This document shows, one piece after another, positions 26,133 to 38,449 of a DNA stretch of 64,000 nucleotides. A program made the position numbers and the translations under genes. Source of the stretch: Squalus acanthias (Eukaryota); assembly GCA_030390025.1 (NCBI GenBank), contig CM059433.1, forward strand, positions 7,442,001 through 7,506,000, read 5' to 3'. The notes under the pieces are model-generated. The model was given only the letters and a program-made list of their open reading frames with translations. It was not told the DNA's origin and ran no database searches. The stretch's first letter is position 1. Each line of letters opens with the position of its first letter.

Positions 26133-26808
26133 GGCCCGTATTTTCCGATGCCTACGGGTGTGTACGAGCTGTGTACACACCCGTAGGGACATCGGAAATG
26201 CTGGTTTCAGGCATCCGCTTGACAGATCGCACGCCTGTCCTGGAGAAGGGCCTCTGCGGGTGGAGAGTTCCGCTTTCTGCAGAACCTCCGCCCGCTGAAA
26301 TCACTTAAAAATCTTACGCCTGGTAAAAGCAGGCGTAAGGCCTGCTTTTACCAGCATAAGAGTTTTAAAAAGTTTTTTTTTAAAATTCCACTCATTTATA
26401 ATTTTTTTAAAGCCCCGTAAAAAACAATTTTTTTTTCAAAAAATTTAATTTTTGTTTAAAATATTTAATTTTATGTCATTTTAACTCTTTAAAAACATGA
26501 TGGTTTTTGAAAAATTTATTTAATGTTTGTGTCTTTTTACAGTGACCCCCCATTCATACTTTTGACAGGTCTGTCAAAAGTATGAAGGGAGATTCCCTTC
26601 TTTCATTGGTTCGCCTGGCCCACGTGATCCCAGGGACACTTGCGAACCGCATGCGCCCCTGGGATACGTGGGTCCTGCGCATTTCGACTGTGGAGAGGCC
26701 CAGGATCAGAAGTGTCCGGACCTCGGGAGCCCTCAGGTAAGTGCGTAGATTTTTTCCCCGATAGGAGGCATCCGCACGCAGGAAGCCTCCTATCGGAAAT
26801 TACGGCCC
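26133..26808. mobile_element. Harbinger-type MITE family C, inserted in a CR1 fragment
   Basis: TIRs GGCCCGTATTTTCCGAT / ATCGGAAATTACGGCCC with AAA on both flanks. Homologous to 37661-38401. Confidence 0.85.
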
Positions 26809-27520
26809 AAAGAGTCTAAATGGGGTGGAGGTGCAAAGGGATCTAGGAGAACAGATTCAGAAATCATCAAAAGTAATAATGCAGGTTAACAAAGCACTGG
26901 GGTTCATTTCTAGAGGAATAAAATTCAAAAGCAGAGAAGTGATGTTAAACTTGTATAGAACATTCATTAGGCCACAAGAGTAATGTGCACAGTTTTGGTT
27001 TCCATGTTACAAAAAGGATAGAAGCACTGGAGAAAATGCAACAAAGATTTACAAGGATTATACCAGAACTGAGAGTACAACTATTCAGAAAGGCTGAACA
27101 GGCTGGGGCTCTTTTATCTAGAAAAAAGAGCGAGAGTTGACCTGATAGTGGTCTTTAAAATGATGAAGGGGTTTGATAGGGTAGAAGTAGAGAAGATGTT
27201 CCCACTTGTGGGAGAGTCCAAAACTAGGGTCCATAAATATAAGACAGTCACTAATAAATCCAATAGGGAATTCAGGATAAACTTCTCTACCCAGAGAGTG
27301 GTTAGAATGTAGAACTCGCTTCCAGAGTGGTTGAGGCGATTAGCATAGATGTAATTTATGGGAAGCTAGATAAGTACATGAGGAAGAAAGGAATAGAAGG
27401 ATACATTGATAGGGTGAGATGAAGTACGGTGGGAGGAGGCTCATGTGGAGCATAAATACTGGCATAGACCAGTTGTGACAAATAGCCTGTTTCTGTGCTG
27501 TAAAATTCTATGTAATTCTA
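26809..27520 (+). mobile_element. CR1 3' fragment (its 5' part lies at ~26099-26132)
   Basis: Decayed ORF2 C-terminus and a 3' tail ttctatgtaattcta. Confidence 0.85.
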
Positions 27521-28763
27521 AGATATTGTTGACAAGCAAAAAGAGCATTAATGTCAGGTCAATAATTTTAAACTGGTTTAGTCCTGGAAGTAATTTTAAT
27601 GGTAGGCAAAAAATCAACAACCACTTAATACTCATAAAATTACTAAATGTTAATGAACACTTAGCACATGATGAATTTCACCATTGAGTAACTTCAAAGC
27701 TTCTCTGCAAGACACAACTATAGGTCAGACTTGCAGTTTAAATGATGCATACTGCAACAGCACAATCATACATCTTGCCAGTGTTTCTAAAAAAAAGGAG
27801 CTCATTTGTCCTATTAAAGTTTTCATTTCAGCCTCCCTGGGCATCGTCATGGCATTCCTATCAGGTACAGACCAGTAGGGAGTATACAGTGGAAAATAAC
27901 TCCATCGTCCAAACAGTATTGATGAAAAGGGAAATCTGAACATTGCAGCATTAACATCTTTTCAGTTGATAATAGTACATTACTGGTTCCAAGAATGGCA
28001 TCAACTCAATATACTGTAGGTAAAATGAAGTAGTGCATATTTTCATAACGGTTAGATGGTGCTTTTTTTTTTAAACTTCTGCCTTGTAAGGCACTTGAAC
28101 GGCCACATATACTTTAATCCCTGATGGAAGCATGGGGGAAAATAAAATGTAGAGCAAACTCATTAACTGAATGCAAAAATGCAATGCTAAAAAAATAGTT
28201 GCTCATTACAGAACTTCTGGTTTGTCCTTTATATACAAAGAACTGATTAGCAGATGGAACGTTTGAACATTTTCAGACATCATGGTCTCCAATTACAAAG
28301 CCATTAACTGTAAAAGTAGTCTCTAAAGAACTGTACAAGCTATTTTATTCACAATGCAAAGTATTCATCCCCTTTTAACACACTTAGACATAAGCTAAGA
28401 ATGTCACTTCATCTCATTTTTTCTAAGGTGTGGCTGACTGGACCAGCTGTCACTGGTCAACAACAGGCTGGCAGCCAGCTGTCTGAACACAGTAGCGGCC
28501 CTGTTTCCATAAGGTCAGTTTTCATGAATGTATCTTCTTCGCCATTTACTAGTGAACAGCTGCCCTTTGAGTGGAAATGTGAACCAAACTCTACTGCTGG
28601 TGTTGGCTTAAAACAGATGGTTAATCTTTTAAAGGAGCACCATCTTCATGAAAATGTATTTACCTAATCTTTGGAGATGAAGAGATGCAGATCGTTTTTG
28701 TCACATGCAAGAGATACAATAAGAGAGATAATTTATTTCTATATGATTTATATCAACATATTA

Positions 28764-28892
28764 GGGCAGAAATTTAATAGTTCCACTGCCAGCACAGAGG
28801 TTCAATCGACACAAGTATAGGTCGGAGATCTCTGCACCCGCTTGCATCTAGTAAGGCCCTGTGCTGGTAGTAGAGCCTAGGAACTTCTGCCC
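28764..28892. mobile_element. Small fold-back MITE (129 bp)
   Basis: Termini GGGCAGAA...TTCTGCCC and internal arms CTGCCAGCACAG / CTGTGCTGGTAG. Confidence 0.6.
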
Positions 28893-29279
28893 TATTGTGT
28901 AGTTGTAAATGAGAAAGAGTCCCCAAACACTTCATGTTTAAAAGCAATTCTCATGTAGGGGCCACAGAGAAGATTTGAAGACTTCCGTCCTGTTTGAGTT
29001 TCTGAAAATGGAAACTTACAATGAAGAGCCCTGTGAGACATCGAAAAAAAACTGAACAGGAGTTTTTTTGGCGGGGGAAGAGAAACAAATATATTGAAAG
29101 TGCAGAAGTCTTCTATTGGCATATATTTACAATCTACATAACATTTAATAGCCACTCTTAATTGGAAATGTTGGTTGAAGGGATTTAAAAAGATAGGTAT
29201 ACATTTTAGTTATGCTAGATATACATTTGATCAAACATCGTTCATAACTATGTGTAAATAATAATACTGCATTCGTTAG

Positions 29280-30306
29280 AAGAGGGTTGTGATTGTTGGA
29301 GGTCAATCATCTCAGCCCCAGGACATCGCTGCAGGAGTTGCTTAGGGCAGTGTCCTAGGCCCAACCATCTTCAGCTGCTTCATCAATGAACTTCCCTCCA
29401 TCATAAGTTCAGAAGTGGGGATGTTCGCTGATGACTGCACAGTGTTCAGTTCCATTCGCAACGCCTCAGATAATGAAGCAGTCCATGCCCGACTGCAGCA
29501 AGACCTGGATGACATTCAGGCTTGGGTTGATAAGTGGTAAAGAACATTTACGCCACACACAAGTGCCAGGCAATGACTATCTCCAACAAGTGAGAGTCTA
29601 ATCACCACCCCTTGACATTCAATGGCATTACCATCGCCAAATCCCCCACCATCAATATCCTTGGGATCGCCATTGACCAGAAACTTAACTGGACCAGCCA
29701 CATAAATACTGTGGCAACAAGAGCAGGTCAGAGGCTGGGTATTCTGGGGAGAGTGTCTCACCTCCCGACTCCCCAAAGCCTTTCCACCATCTACAAGGCA
29801 CAAGTAAGGCGTGTGATGGAATACTCTCCACTTGCCTGGATGAGTGCAGCTCCAACAACACACAAGAAGCTCGACACCATCCAGGACAAAGTAGCCTGCT
29901 TGATTGGCACCCCACCCACCACCTTAAACATTCCCTCCCTCCACCACTGGCGCACCATGGCTGCAGTGTGTACCATCTACAAGATGCACTGCATCAACTC
30001 GCCAAAGCTTCGGCAGCACCTCCAAAACCCATGACCTCTACCACATAGAAGGACAAGGGCAGCAGGCGCATGGGAACACCACCACCTGCAAGTTCCACTC
30101 CAAGTGACACACCACCCGGACTTGGAAATATATCGCCGTTCCTTCATCGTCGCTGGATCAAAATCGTGGAACTCCCTCCCTAACAGTATTATGGGAGTAT
30201 CTTCACCACAGGGACTGCAGAGGTTCAAGAAGGCGGCTCACCGCCACCTTCTCAAGGGCAATTAGGGATGGGCAATAAATGCTGGCCTTGTCAGCAACGC
30301 CCACAG
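29280..30306 (+). mobile_element. 3' fragment of a second CR1/L2-group LINE family
   Basis: Translates GSVLGPTIFSCFIN..MFADD and YKAQVRRVMEYSPLAW. Same family as 37336-38449 and 52411-53186. Confidence 0.85.
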
Positions 30307-31208
30307 TATTAGATTAGGTGCTCCATTATTCGAATTGTGTCAATAAAGTAGAAAACCCCAGTAAAAAAGTTTCTATAAATCAGAAGGTTTTTTTTTATTG
30401 TAATCTGTTGAGAAATAATCGCCACACAAAAACTTTGCCCGTAAACCAATATATCCAATCTATAGTGCGCCTCTTTCTGGTGTTTGCTGTGCTTCATTTC
30501 TGGGTTCAAAAACGCTTCGGAAAAGATACTGACACATGAAAAGAGCTTTGTGTCTGGCCAGTAAATTTTTAAATCAGAAAATGCTGGAAACACTCAACGG
30601 GTCAGTCGGCAGTCACCAACTAATACAATTTTCTCATCGCCCCTCCCCATACGCTGTGCAACAGGCTCCTGTGCCTGTTTGTACCAGACGTAAAACTTTT
30701 CAGGGTAATTAATGTGCAGTAGGTGGGCAATTTGCCTAACTTTTCGCCAGCACGTTGATTTGAATGGGTAGGTGAAACATGCAGCGAAGCTGATGTGCAG
30801 TCGGAACTTGACAGATCGCAAGTTCAGCATTTAGCACATGCTAACTTGCAGTCAATTTCAAAGGCGGTATGATGGCGTACTCAAAGTATGCAGTCATACC
30901 AACCGCGAATTCAGGGCCAAAATGTTCAGACCACTTACAGGAGCAACTGACACTAGTGTACCCAAGGAAATATCTACGACAGAGACAAACTTGTAACAAT
31001 CCAGTTATATAATAATCTATCAAGTTTTATAATTTAGTCCTGATAATTAAAAATTATTTTTGGACAAAAAAGTTGAAATTATCCAATAATTTGAATTATG
31101 CAATGCAGCTAACCTAGCAGGAATTTAGGCCAAATTTTTTTTTGTTGAATCAAGCAACTTCGAATTAAGAAAATGCATTTAGTTTCTTCACATTTATTGA
31201 GTCTCACT

Positions 31209-31897
31209 GGGCCATTATTGGCTGCCAAAATAACGGAAATCCAAAAGATGCTGTCCGAGACGCGCCGCTCCGCCGTTAGTTTCGCGAATACGGCATCTTG
31301 CTGTCTGGCTCACCATTGAAATGCATTGCATGCCGTGAAATTGCTGTATTTGCACAGTAGATACGAACTAAACTTGCCACAAAAAGTCAAGTCTTGTCCA
31401 TTTCAGTCCATGTGCCCTTTAAACGACATGATAAGTGATAATTACTGCCAAACAAGCTGTCTGGCACTGAAAATTAACTATTACAAGTGTGGAGAATCAT
31501 TCCTTCAGGTTTTAATTGTTGTTGGAGATTTAAAAAATTTAAAATTTAAAATTAAAAAATGTTTAACTTTTCTTTTGTTTCTTTTTTCGCGCTTTCTTTC
31601 CCTCTATTTCTCTTTCTGTACCTGATTTGGCATTTAATTCACCCGCTCTTATTTACATTTCCTTCTCAGTCCTTGCACTGTTAATTTCAGAATCCTTCAA
31701 TCTGATTAGTTAATGAGATACGCAGTTGCTTGCCCTGTTCACTCAGGTCCCAGATGCCCAGTTTCTCTCGCTGCGACATTATCAGCTTGCACTTTTGTGA
31801 ACTTGCCACGCAAAAAATTAAAAAACCTAAACGTGCTAGGGCAAGTCCAAATAATGGCAGACACCGTTAGATTCACTCCTACAGCAAATTATGGCCC
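31209..31897. mobile_element. Harbinger-type MITE family D
   Basis: TIRs GGGCCATTATTGGCTG / CAGCAAATTATGGCCC. Internal blocks are reverse-complementary to 34809-35420. Confidence 0.7.
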
Positions 31898-32714
31898 ATA
31901 AGGAACTGTCTGTTCTCTTATTGAACTTTTACAGCGTAATGCACAGCACTTTAAACAAATCAATTTCTTCTATGATCTCCAAAACAGATAGAGGATTCTT
32001 CTATATTTGCCAGGCTATGTTTACAATACTGAGCAGTCTAATAAAACAAATGAAGGGCAGAAATAGAACTTAGTCCATTGTTAACTCTCCCCACTGGTTC
32101 AGTGAGACATGCACCACTTGCTGTGGTATTCAACCTTACAGATTGATCATTTGTCTATATATAGAGTTAACTAACCTCAGCCCTAGTAAAAGTGACTGCA
32201 GCACAATTGGCCTCAGAGAAAAAAAAATCAAGTCAGGGTTCCCACTCCTCATTGTTATCCAATGACCATCATCATACATCGTAACTTCCCATTCCGTTAA
32301 AGGCAGATAATCTGGATAAGCAAATGAGGATTAACAAAAACCTAAGCAGGATACTGCAATGCAACCTTTATACTGCACCTTAGGTGCCAGTATCATGCTG
32401 AGATTTTTGGTTTCCCTATACCAAAAGGGAGAACAGGATTTCCAGTCTGGGTCGATAACATTGCAAGAGGGACAACCTCTAAGAAATGATCTTGCAATAT
32501 TAGCAGTACAACTCCCATTTGTGCCAAGTCTGATATTTATTTACTTCAAATATATTAAGTCTAAAATAGTCTACCATACCACCAATCTGTTTAAAATCAA
32601 GTTAAAAGCCAACCCATCAACTCACCCGATAGAAAACTCAGCAGCTGAACACGGGAAAGAAGCACTCTGCATACACACAGAACTTTGCAATTCATCAAAC
32701 TCCCCAATCACATT

Positions 32715-33476
32715 GGCCCGTAATTTGCGGTCAGCAGTGAAGCAAAGGCGTTCGCCGCTGGCCCTGAAGAAAGCTTCCCACAAATAGCTTGCGATCTCTG
32801 TGGCAAGAGGTTTGGCTTTTCCGGCGTTCAATTGAGATCAGTGCAGTGTAGTGGGAATTCCATAGCGCGAGCTGCTGTGATGTCAACAAGCTGTCTAAGC
32901 AGCCAATCAAAATGCAGACTTCTCACAGACTTGGAATCAGGAAGTGGAGAAGCTCCTTTTATTCTGACTTTTTATAAATGTTAGCGAGCAAAGCAAAGAT
33001 TGGGGGTCTCACATTGGGGAAAGATAAACCTGAAAATATGAACAAAGTTTAAAAAAAAATGTTTAAGTTTCTTAAAAATTGTATTTTTTAATTAAAATGG
33101 AGAAATTTAACACTCCACAAAATTTAAATTAGTTTTTCAGGGTTATTACGTTTGTTTAGCAGTCAATACGCTGTTAAACCCCCAGTTATACCTAATCCAG
33201 CAAGGTCTAAGTTTTAATGGGGTATTTAACAGCGATATTACTGCAGAAAAGCCGACGTTTTTGTCAGTTTCACCGATTTCCCTGATTACTGGCTATTGGC
33301 GGGGGGGTGGGAAGGGACGGGGGGCACAGTGCAGCCAGTGTCGGAGCAGTGAATGACTGACTGCAACTTCAGGATTTCTGTGTTCGAATACGCATGCACT
33401 AAATCCTGAAGTTGCGGTCAGTTTCAAAGGGGTAATAACAGTGAATGCTGTTATTACCCACCGAAAATTCCAGGCC
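32715..33476. mobile_element. Harbinger-type MITE family B (reverse orientation)
   Basis: TIRs GGCCCGTAATTTGCGGT / ACCGAAAATTCCAGGCC with flanks ATT/AAT. Confidence 0.85.
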
Positions 33477-34808
33477 AATGTACCTCTAAAAGCCCAGCAG
33501 ATGCTGTGCAATGACAGCATGAGAACAGACTGTCACTATATTACAATGTTGAGGTCATATTATGCCATTAGATGTTTCTTTACACTACATTATGGATTTA
33601 TTCAGTCGTGTATAGAAAACAGATTAAATAGAAAAAAAGGCGCATGCGCGGGAATTTGAATGGACCATGCACTAAAAAAAAAGGAACATTGCTTGGGACT
33701 GTGTTCAAAACTGCAACACAGTTCAAATGATTTTATTAAACTAATTTACTAGACAGCCTAATTGTTCCAAGTTTTTTTTTAAATCCTAAAACAAAATGTG
33801 TATTAAAACCTTTTGGAGATTTTTCATTGGAGTTAGTTTGTATATTATGGCCACTTACTATGGATAGCGAGCCGTTCTGAACGTCTGCAACATGCAATAG
33901 AAAATGGCAGTATTTTATAACATTCTGAAGTTAAATTAAGAGTTTGATAAAAAAAAAGTGGCTTACTAGGAAGTACTGCACTTTTTACAGAACATTGCAA
34001 TAAATATGGTTGTTCTAAAGTTAGAAATAGTGCTATATATGTGTCAAGTCAAATTATATTACTTGAGCTTTCATTGTTCAACACAATTATATACCAGTAA
34101 ATTTAGAACGTACATTTCAGATGTTAATAAATGACACACAAAATAACAAGAAAACTCGGAAGAGCAACAGTGTTGCTCAGTATTATAGTACTAAGACTGA
34201 ATACAAAAACCTACTGCCTCCTAGCAACCAATTACAGAGGGTGGTCTAAGGCAGACTGTGAACCTACCCTTTCAATAGAAAAGACTTGAAGACAGGATAA
34301 CTTAGTGAAAAATGCACATGACAAAAACAACAGCTATAGACAGGTATCCTCATAACTATTTTGATAATGCTGGCATTTCATTGCCATTTCATATTTTCAG
34401 CTGAACAAGAACTCAACAACAGCTTTCTGCAGTTGAACATAAGCTAAATAAATTGAACAGGCCATTTAACAGTCTATTCACTTTAAAGAAGAAAGACAAA
34501 CACCTAGTGCTTCAGAATGAGAAATCATAGTGAGGACCCACATAAGCACCAGATAACTGAGTCTTCAACTTCTTCCAAACAAAATTCCAAACACACATAT
34601 AAAGAACAGGGTGTGTTTAATAATAAGTGGTAGCAATGACAAAGCCAGCAACTGCAACAGCACTTCTCATTCTGACTCTAACTCTCTCTCCAGAAAATTC
34701 TGAGTTTTATATACTCAACAGTCTTCTCCTCTTCCCCAAAGGGTAGGAGGATCCACAACTTCACCTATCCACAACTCAGTTCCACAGGATCATTACATTA
34801 GGGATATT

Positions 34809-35420
34809 GGCCCGGATTTTGCGGTCACTGGCAGGGCTGCATGAACAGGGTAAGTAACTGTGTATCTCCTTAACTGAGGCACGCAGAGTCTGAACCAGGA
34901 AGTAAATTACAATATTTAATTAAATGGCAAATCATGTTCAGAAAGCGAAATAGAGAAAGAAAGATGGGATTATGAGAGAGAGAGAGAGAGAGATAAGAGA
35001 CAGTAAGAATAAGTTTTTTTAAAAAAAGTTTTAGATTTTTTTTAAATCTCCAACAATAATTAAAATCTGAAGGAATGAGATGCCACAGTTGTAAAAGTTA
35101 ATTTTCAGTGCCAGAGAGGTTGTTTGGCAGTAATTAAGACTCATCACACATTAAAAATTCACTTGCACTTGTGTGTTTAGTGGGTATCTATCACATAAGT
35201 ACCCCAACTTCATGCCCTTCCACGTGATTCAATGTCAAGTCTCTTGGCAAGATACTGTTATAGCGCAACTTCTGGAGAAGCAGGACAAATTAAACAGCAA
35301 CTTCCTGATTTCCGCGTTTAACGGCGTACGTGCGGTCACCGGAAATTGCTGTTCGATTTACTCCTTAATAACGATGAGCGCTGTTAACCTCACCATTATT
35401 TTTACTGCAAAATCCACACT
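34809..35420. mobile_element. Harbinger-type MITE related to family D
   Basis: Left TIR GGCCCGGATTTTGCGGT, degenerate right TIR ACTGCAAAATCCACACT, flanks ATT/ATT, internal (GA)n tract. Confidence 0.65.
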
Positions 35421-35521
35421 ATTAGTTTGTGGTACTGTAGCATATTCCACAGGTACCTCAGTGACTCAATGGGGTATTTCAGTGTCATTAACCTTGGTAT
35501 GGAATGGGAAAAGAATACTTA

Positions 35522-35946
35522 AATTAGACTGATTCCTGGGATATGGGGGGTGATTTATCCTATGAGGAGAGATTGAGTAGACTAGGCCTATATTCCCCAG
35601 AGTTTAGAAGAGTGAGAGGTGATCTCATTGAAATGTATAAAATTCTTAAGGGGCTTGACAGGGTAGATGCTGGAAGGTTGTTTCCCCTGGTTGGGGAGTC
35701 TAGAACTAGTGGTCACAGTCTCAAAATATGGGGTCAACCATTTAGGACTGAGATGAGGAGAAATGTCTTCATTCAAAGGGTTGTGAATCTTTGTAAATCT
35801 CTACCCCAGAGGGCTGTGGATGCTTAGTCGTTGAGTATATTCAAGACAGATAGATCGATTTTTGGAACCAAGGGATATGGGGATAGTGCGGGAAGGTGAA
35901 TGGCTCGAAAGACCAAATGGCCTACTCCTATTTCTTATGTTCTTAT
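35522..35946 (+). mobile_element. CR1 3' fragment
   Basis: ORF 35543..35827 contains SYEERLSRLGLYS..RGDLIE..RVVNL. Tail cttatgttcttat. Confidence 0.9.
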
Positions 35947-36029
35947 TTCCAGAACATGCAGATCATAAAACACACAAGATTTTCTTCTCCTTGCTTACCA
36001 TCAAATTAAGTATTAAAGCAGTTCCTTAC

Positions 36030-36102
36030 CTAGTCCAGATGTATAAATAGCTTTGACAGATTTCTTCATTTTTTGGAGCACACCACGATCCACGTCCAAT
36101 GC
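36030..36102 (-). CDS. ASAP2: ASAP2 coding exon 2 (BAR region), 73 nt
   Basis: Minus strand reads tttttag|GCATTGGAC...GGACTAG|gtaag and translates ALDVDRGVLQKMKKSVKAIYTSGL(G). This matches ASAP2 ALDVDRMVLYKMKKSVKAINSSGL as recalled. Phase 0 start, phase 1 end. Confidence 0.95.
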
Positions 36103-36485
36103 CTAAAAATAAAAATGGAGTATAAATAAAGAGAAAGCAAGCAGTTAACAGCAAAAGAAAAGTGGAAAATTTATTAAAACAGTTTGATTTATTTTATGTC
36201 GGTAACTGGGACTGTTACCAGTTGGGGAAGTTGCACTTCAGCATCAAATCCGACTCCACAACACTAACCAACTTATTTGTGGTTCATCAAAACTGATTTG
36301 AGTCCTCAGATGAATCAACGTGTTAGACACAAGGACACCCACCTCAATTAGTTTTTCTAATAATTTTCAATCTTGATGGTTTGAAAGAAAAAGTTGATTT
36401 AGAGCAATCCTATGTTCCAGACCCTGGCAGCACAATTGACCCCAATATACACAGTAATACAGATTGACCAAGATAGTAGTTACTT

Positions 36486-37335
36486 ATAGAATCATAGAAA
36501 TTTATGGCACAGGAGGTCATTCGGTCCATCGTTTCTGTGCCGGCCGACAAAGAGCTATCCAGCCTAATCCCACTTTCCAGCTCGTGGTCCATAGCCCTGT
36601 AGGTTACGGCACTTCAAGTGCATATCCAAATACTGAGGGTTTATGCCTCTACTATCCTTTCAGGCAGTGTGTTCCAGATTCCCACCACTCTCTGGGTGAA
36701 AATAGTTCTCAACTTCCCTCTAATCCTTCTGCCAATTACTTTAAATCTATGCCCCTTGGTTATTCACCTCTCTGCTAAGGGAAATAGGCCCTTCCAATCC
36801 ACTCTATCTAGGCCCCTCATGATTTTAAACACCTCAATTAAGTCTCCCTTCAGCTTCCTCTGTTCCAAAGAAAACAACCCCAGTCTATCCAATCATTCCT
36901 CATAACTAAAATTCTTCAGTCCTGGCAACATCCTCGTAAATCTCCTCTGTACCCTCTCTAGTGAAACCACATCTTTCCTGTAATGTGGTGACCAGAACTG
37001 TACGCAGTACTCTAGCTGTAGCCTAACTAGTGTTTTATACAGTTCAAGCATAACCTCCCTGTTCTTATAAGAACATAAGTAGTAAGAGCAGGAGGAGGCC
37101 ATACGGCCCCTCGAGCCTGCTCCGCCTTCAATAGGATCATGGCTGATCATCGACTGCAACTCCACTTTCCCGCCCGATCTCCATATCCCTTGATTCCCCT
37201 AGAGTCTATACCTTGGCTAATAAAGGAAAGTATCCCGTATGCCTTCTTAACCACCTTATCTACCTGTCCTGCTACCTTCAGGGATCTGTGGACATGCACT
37301 CCAAGGTCTCGCTGTTCCTCTACACTTCTCAGTAT
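36486..37335 (-). mobile_element. CR1 3' fragment (same subfamily as 1410-5545) with a nested CR1 tail at ~37066-37207
   Basis: Reverse complement of ~4820-5545. ORF 36893..37165 contains LYKTLVR..EYCVQFWSP. Confidence 0.88.
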
Positions 37336-38449
37336 CCTAACATTGAAGTCAATGGGAATCAGGGGGAAAACTCTCCACTGGCTGGAGTCATACCTAGCAC
37401 AAAGGAAGATGGTTGTAGTTGTTGGGGGTCAATCATCTCAGCCCCAGGACATCGCTACAGGAGTTCCTCAGGACAGTGTCCTAGGCCCAACCATCTTCAG
37501 CTGCTTCATCAATTGCCTTCACTCTGGCAGAGGTCAGAACTGGGGATGTTCGCTGAGCGTTCAGTTCCATTCACAACTCCTCAGATAATGAAGCAGTCCA
37601 TGCCCGACTGCAGCAAGACCTGGATGACATTCAGGCTTGGGCTGATAAGTGGCAAAGAATGGGCCGGATATTCCGACCCCCACGGGTGTGTACGCACCCG
37701 TAGGGGCCTCGCAAGTGCCGGTTTCAGGCTTGCGAAGCGCATGCGCTAAAACCCGGCACTTCCAATCTGTCAAGAATTCTCTTCATGATGCGGAGAATCC
37801 ACCTGCCCAGGAGAAGGGCCTCCGCGGGCAGAGAGTTCCGCTTTCTGCGCAACCTCCGCTCGCTGAAAACCTTTAAAAATCTTACACCTGATAAAAGCAG
37901 GCATATGGCCTGCTTTTACCAGCATAAGAGTTAAAAAAAAATTTTTATTTTTTTTCCCCCACTCATTTATAATTTAAAAATACTTTTAAAAAAAGTTTAT
38001 TTTTAGCCTCGTAAAAAACTTCAATTATTTTTTTCAAAAAATTTAATTTGTTTAAAATATTTAATTTAGTGTAATTTTAACTAATTTTAAATACGTGATT
38101 TAAAAAAAAAAATATTTAGTGTTTAACTGTTTTTAAATGTGATCTCCATTCATACTTTTGACAGATCTATGCGTAGAGACCTGTCAAAAGTGTGAAGGGG
38201 ATTTCCTTCTTTGATTGGTTCCCCATGGCCCACGCGATCCCAGGGACGCTTGTGAACCGTCTACACCCCTGGGATACCTGGGCCTCTGCGCACGCGGACC
38301 AGGAGAGGCCCAGGTTCAGAAGTCTAGGGACCTACGGAGTCAGCAGGTTAGTGCATAGATTTTCCCAGATCAGAGGCATCCGCAATCGGAAAATCCGGCC
38401 CATTATTCACGCCACACAAGTGCCAGGCAATGACTATCTCCAACAAGCG
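37336..38449 (+). mobile_element. Internal RT fragment of the second LINE family, split by MITE C
   Basis: Translates LKSMGIRGKTLHWLESYL..GVPQDSVLGPTIF. Resumes at ~38405 (attcacgccacacaagtgcc). Confidence 0.8.
37661..38401. mobile_element. Harbinger-type MITE family C
   Basis: TIRs GGGCCGGATATTCCGA / TCGGAAAATCCGGCCC with flanks AAT/ATT. Confidence 0.85.

Noticed and set aside
30556..30918. Complete MITE
   Set aside because: Only the right end (~30840-30918) resembles a family-B terminus; the left TIR is not convincing.
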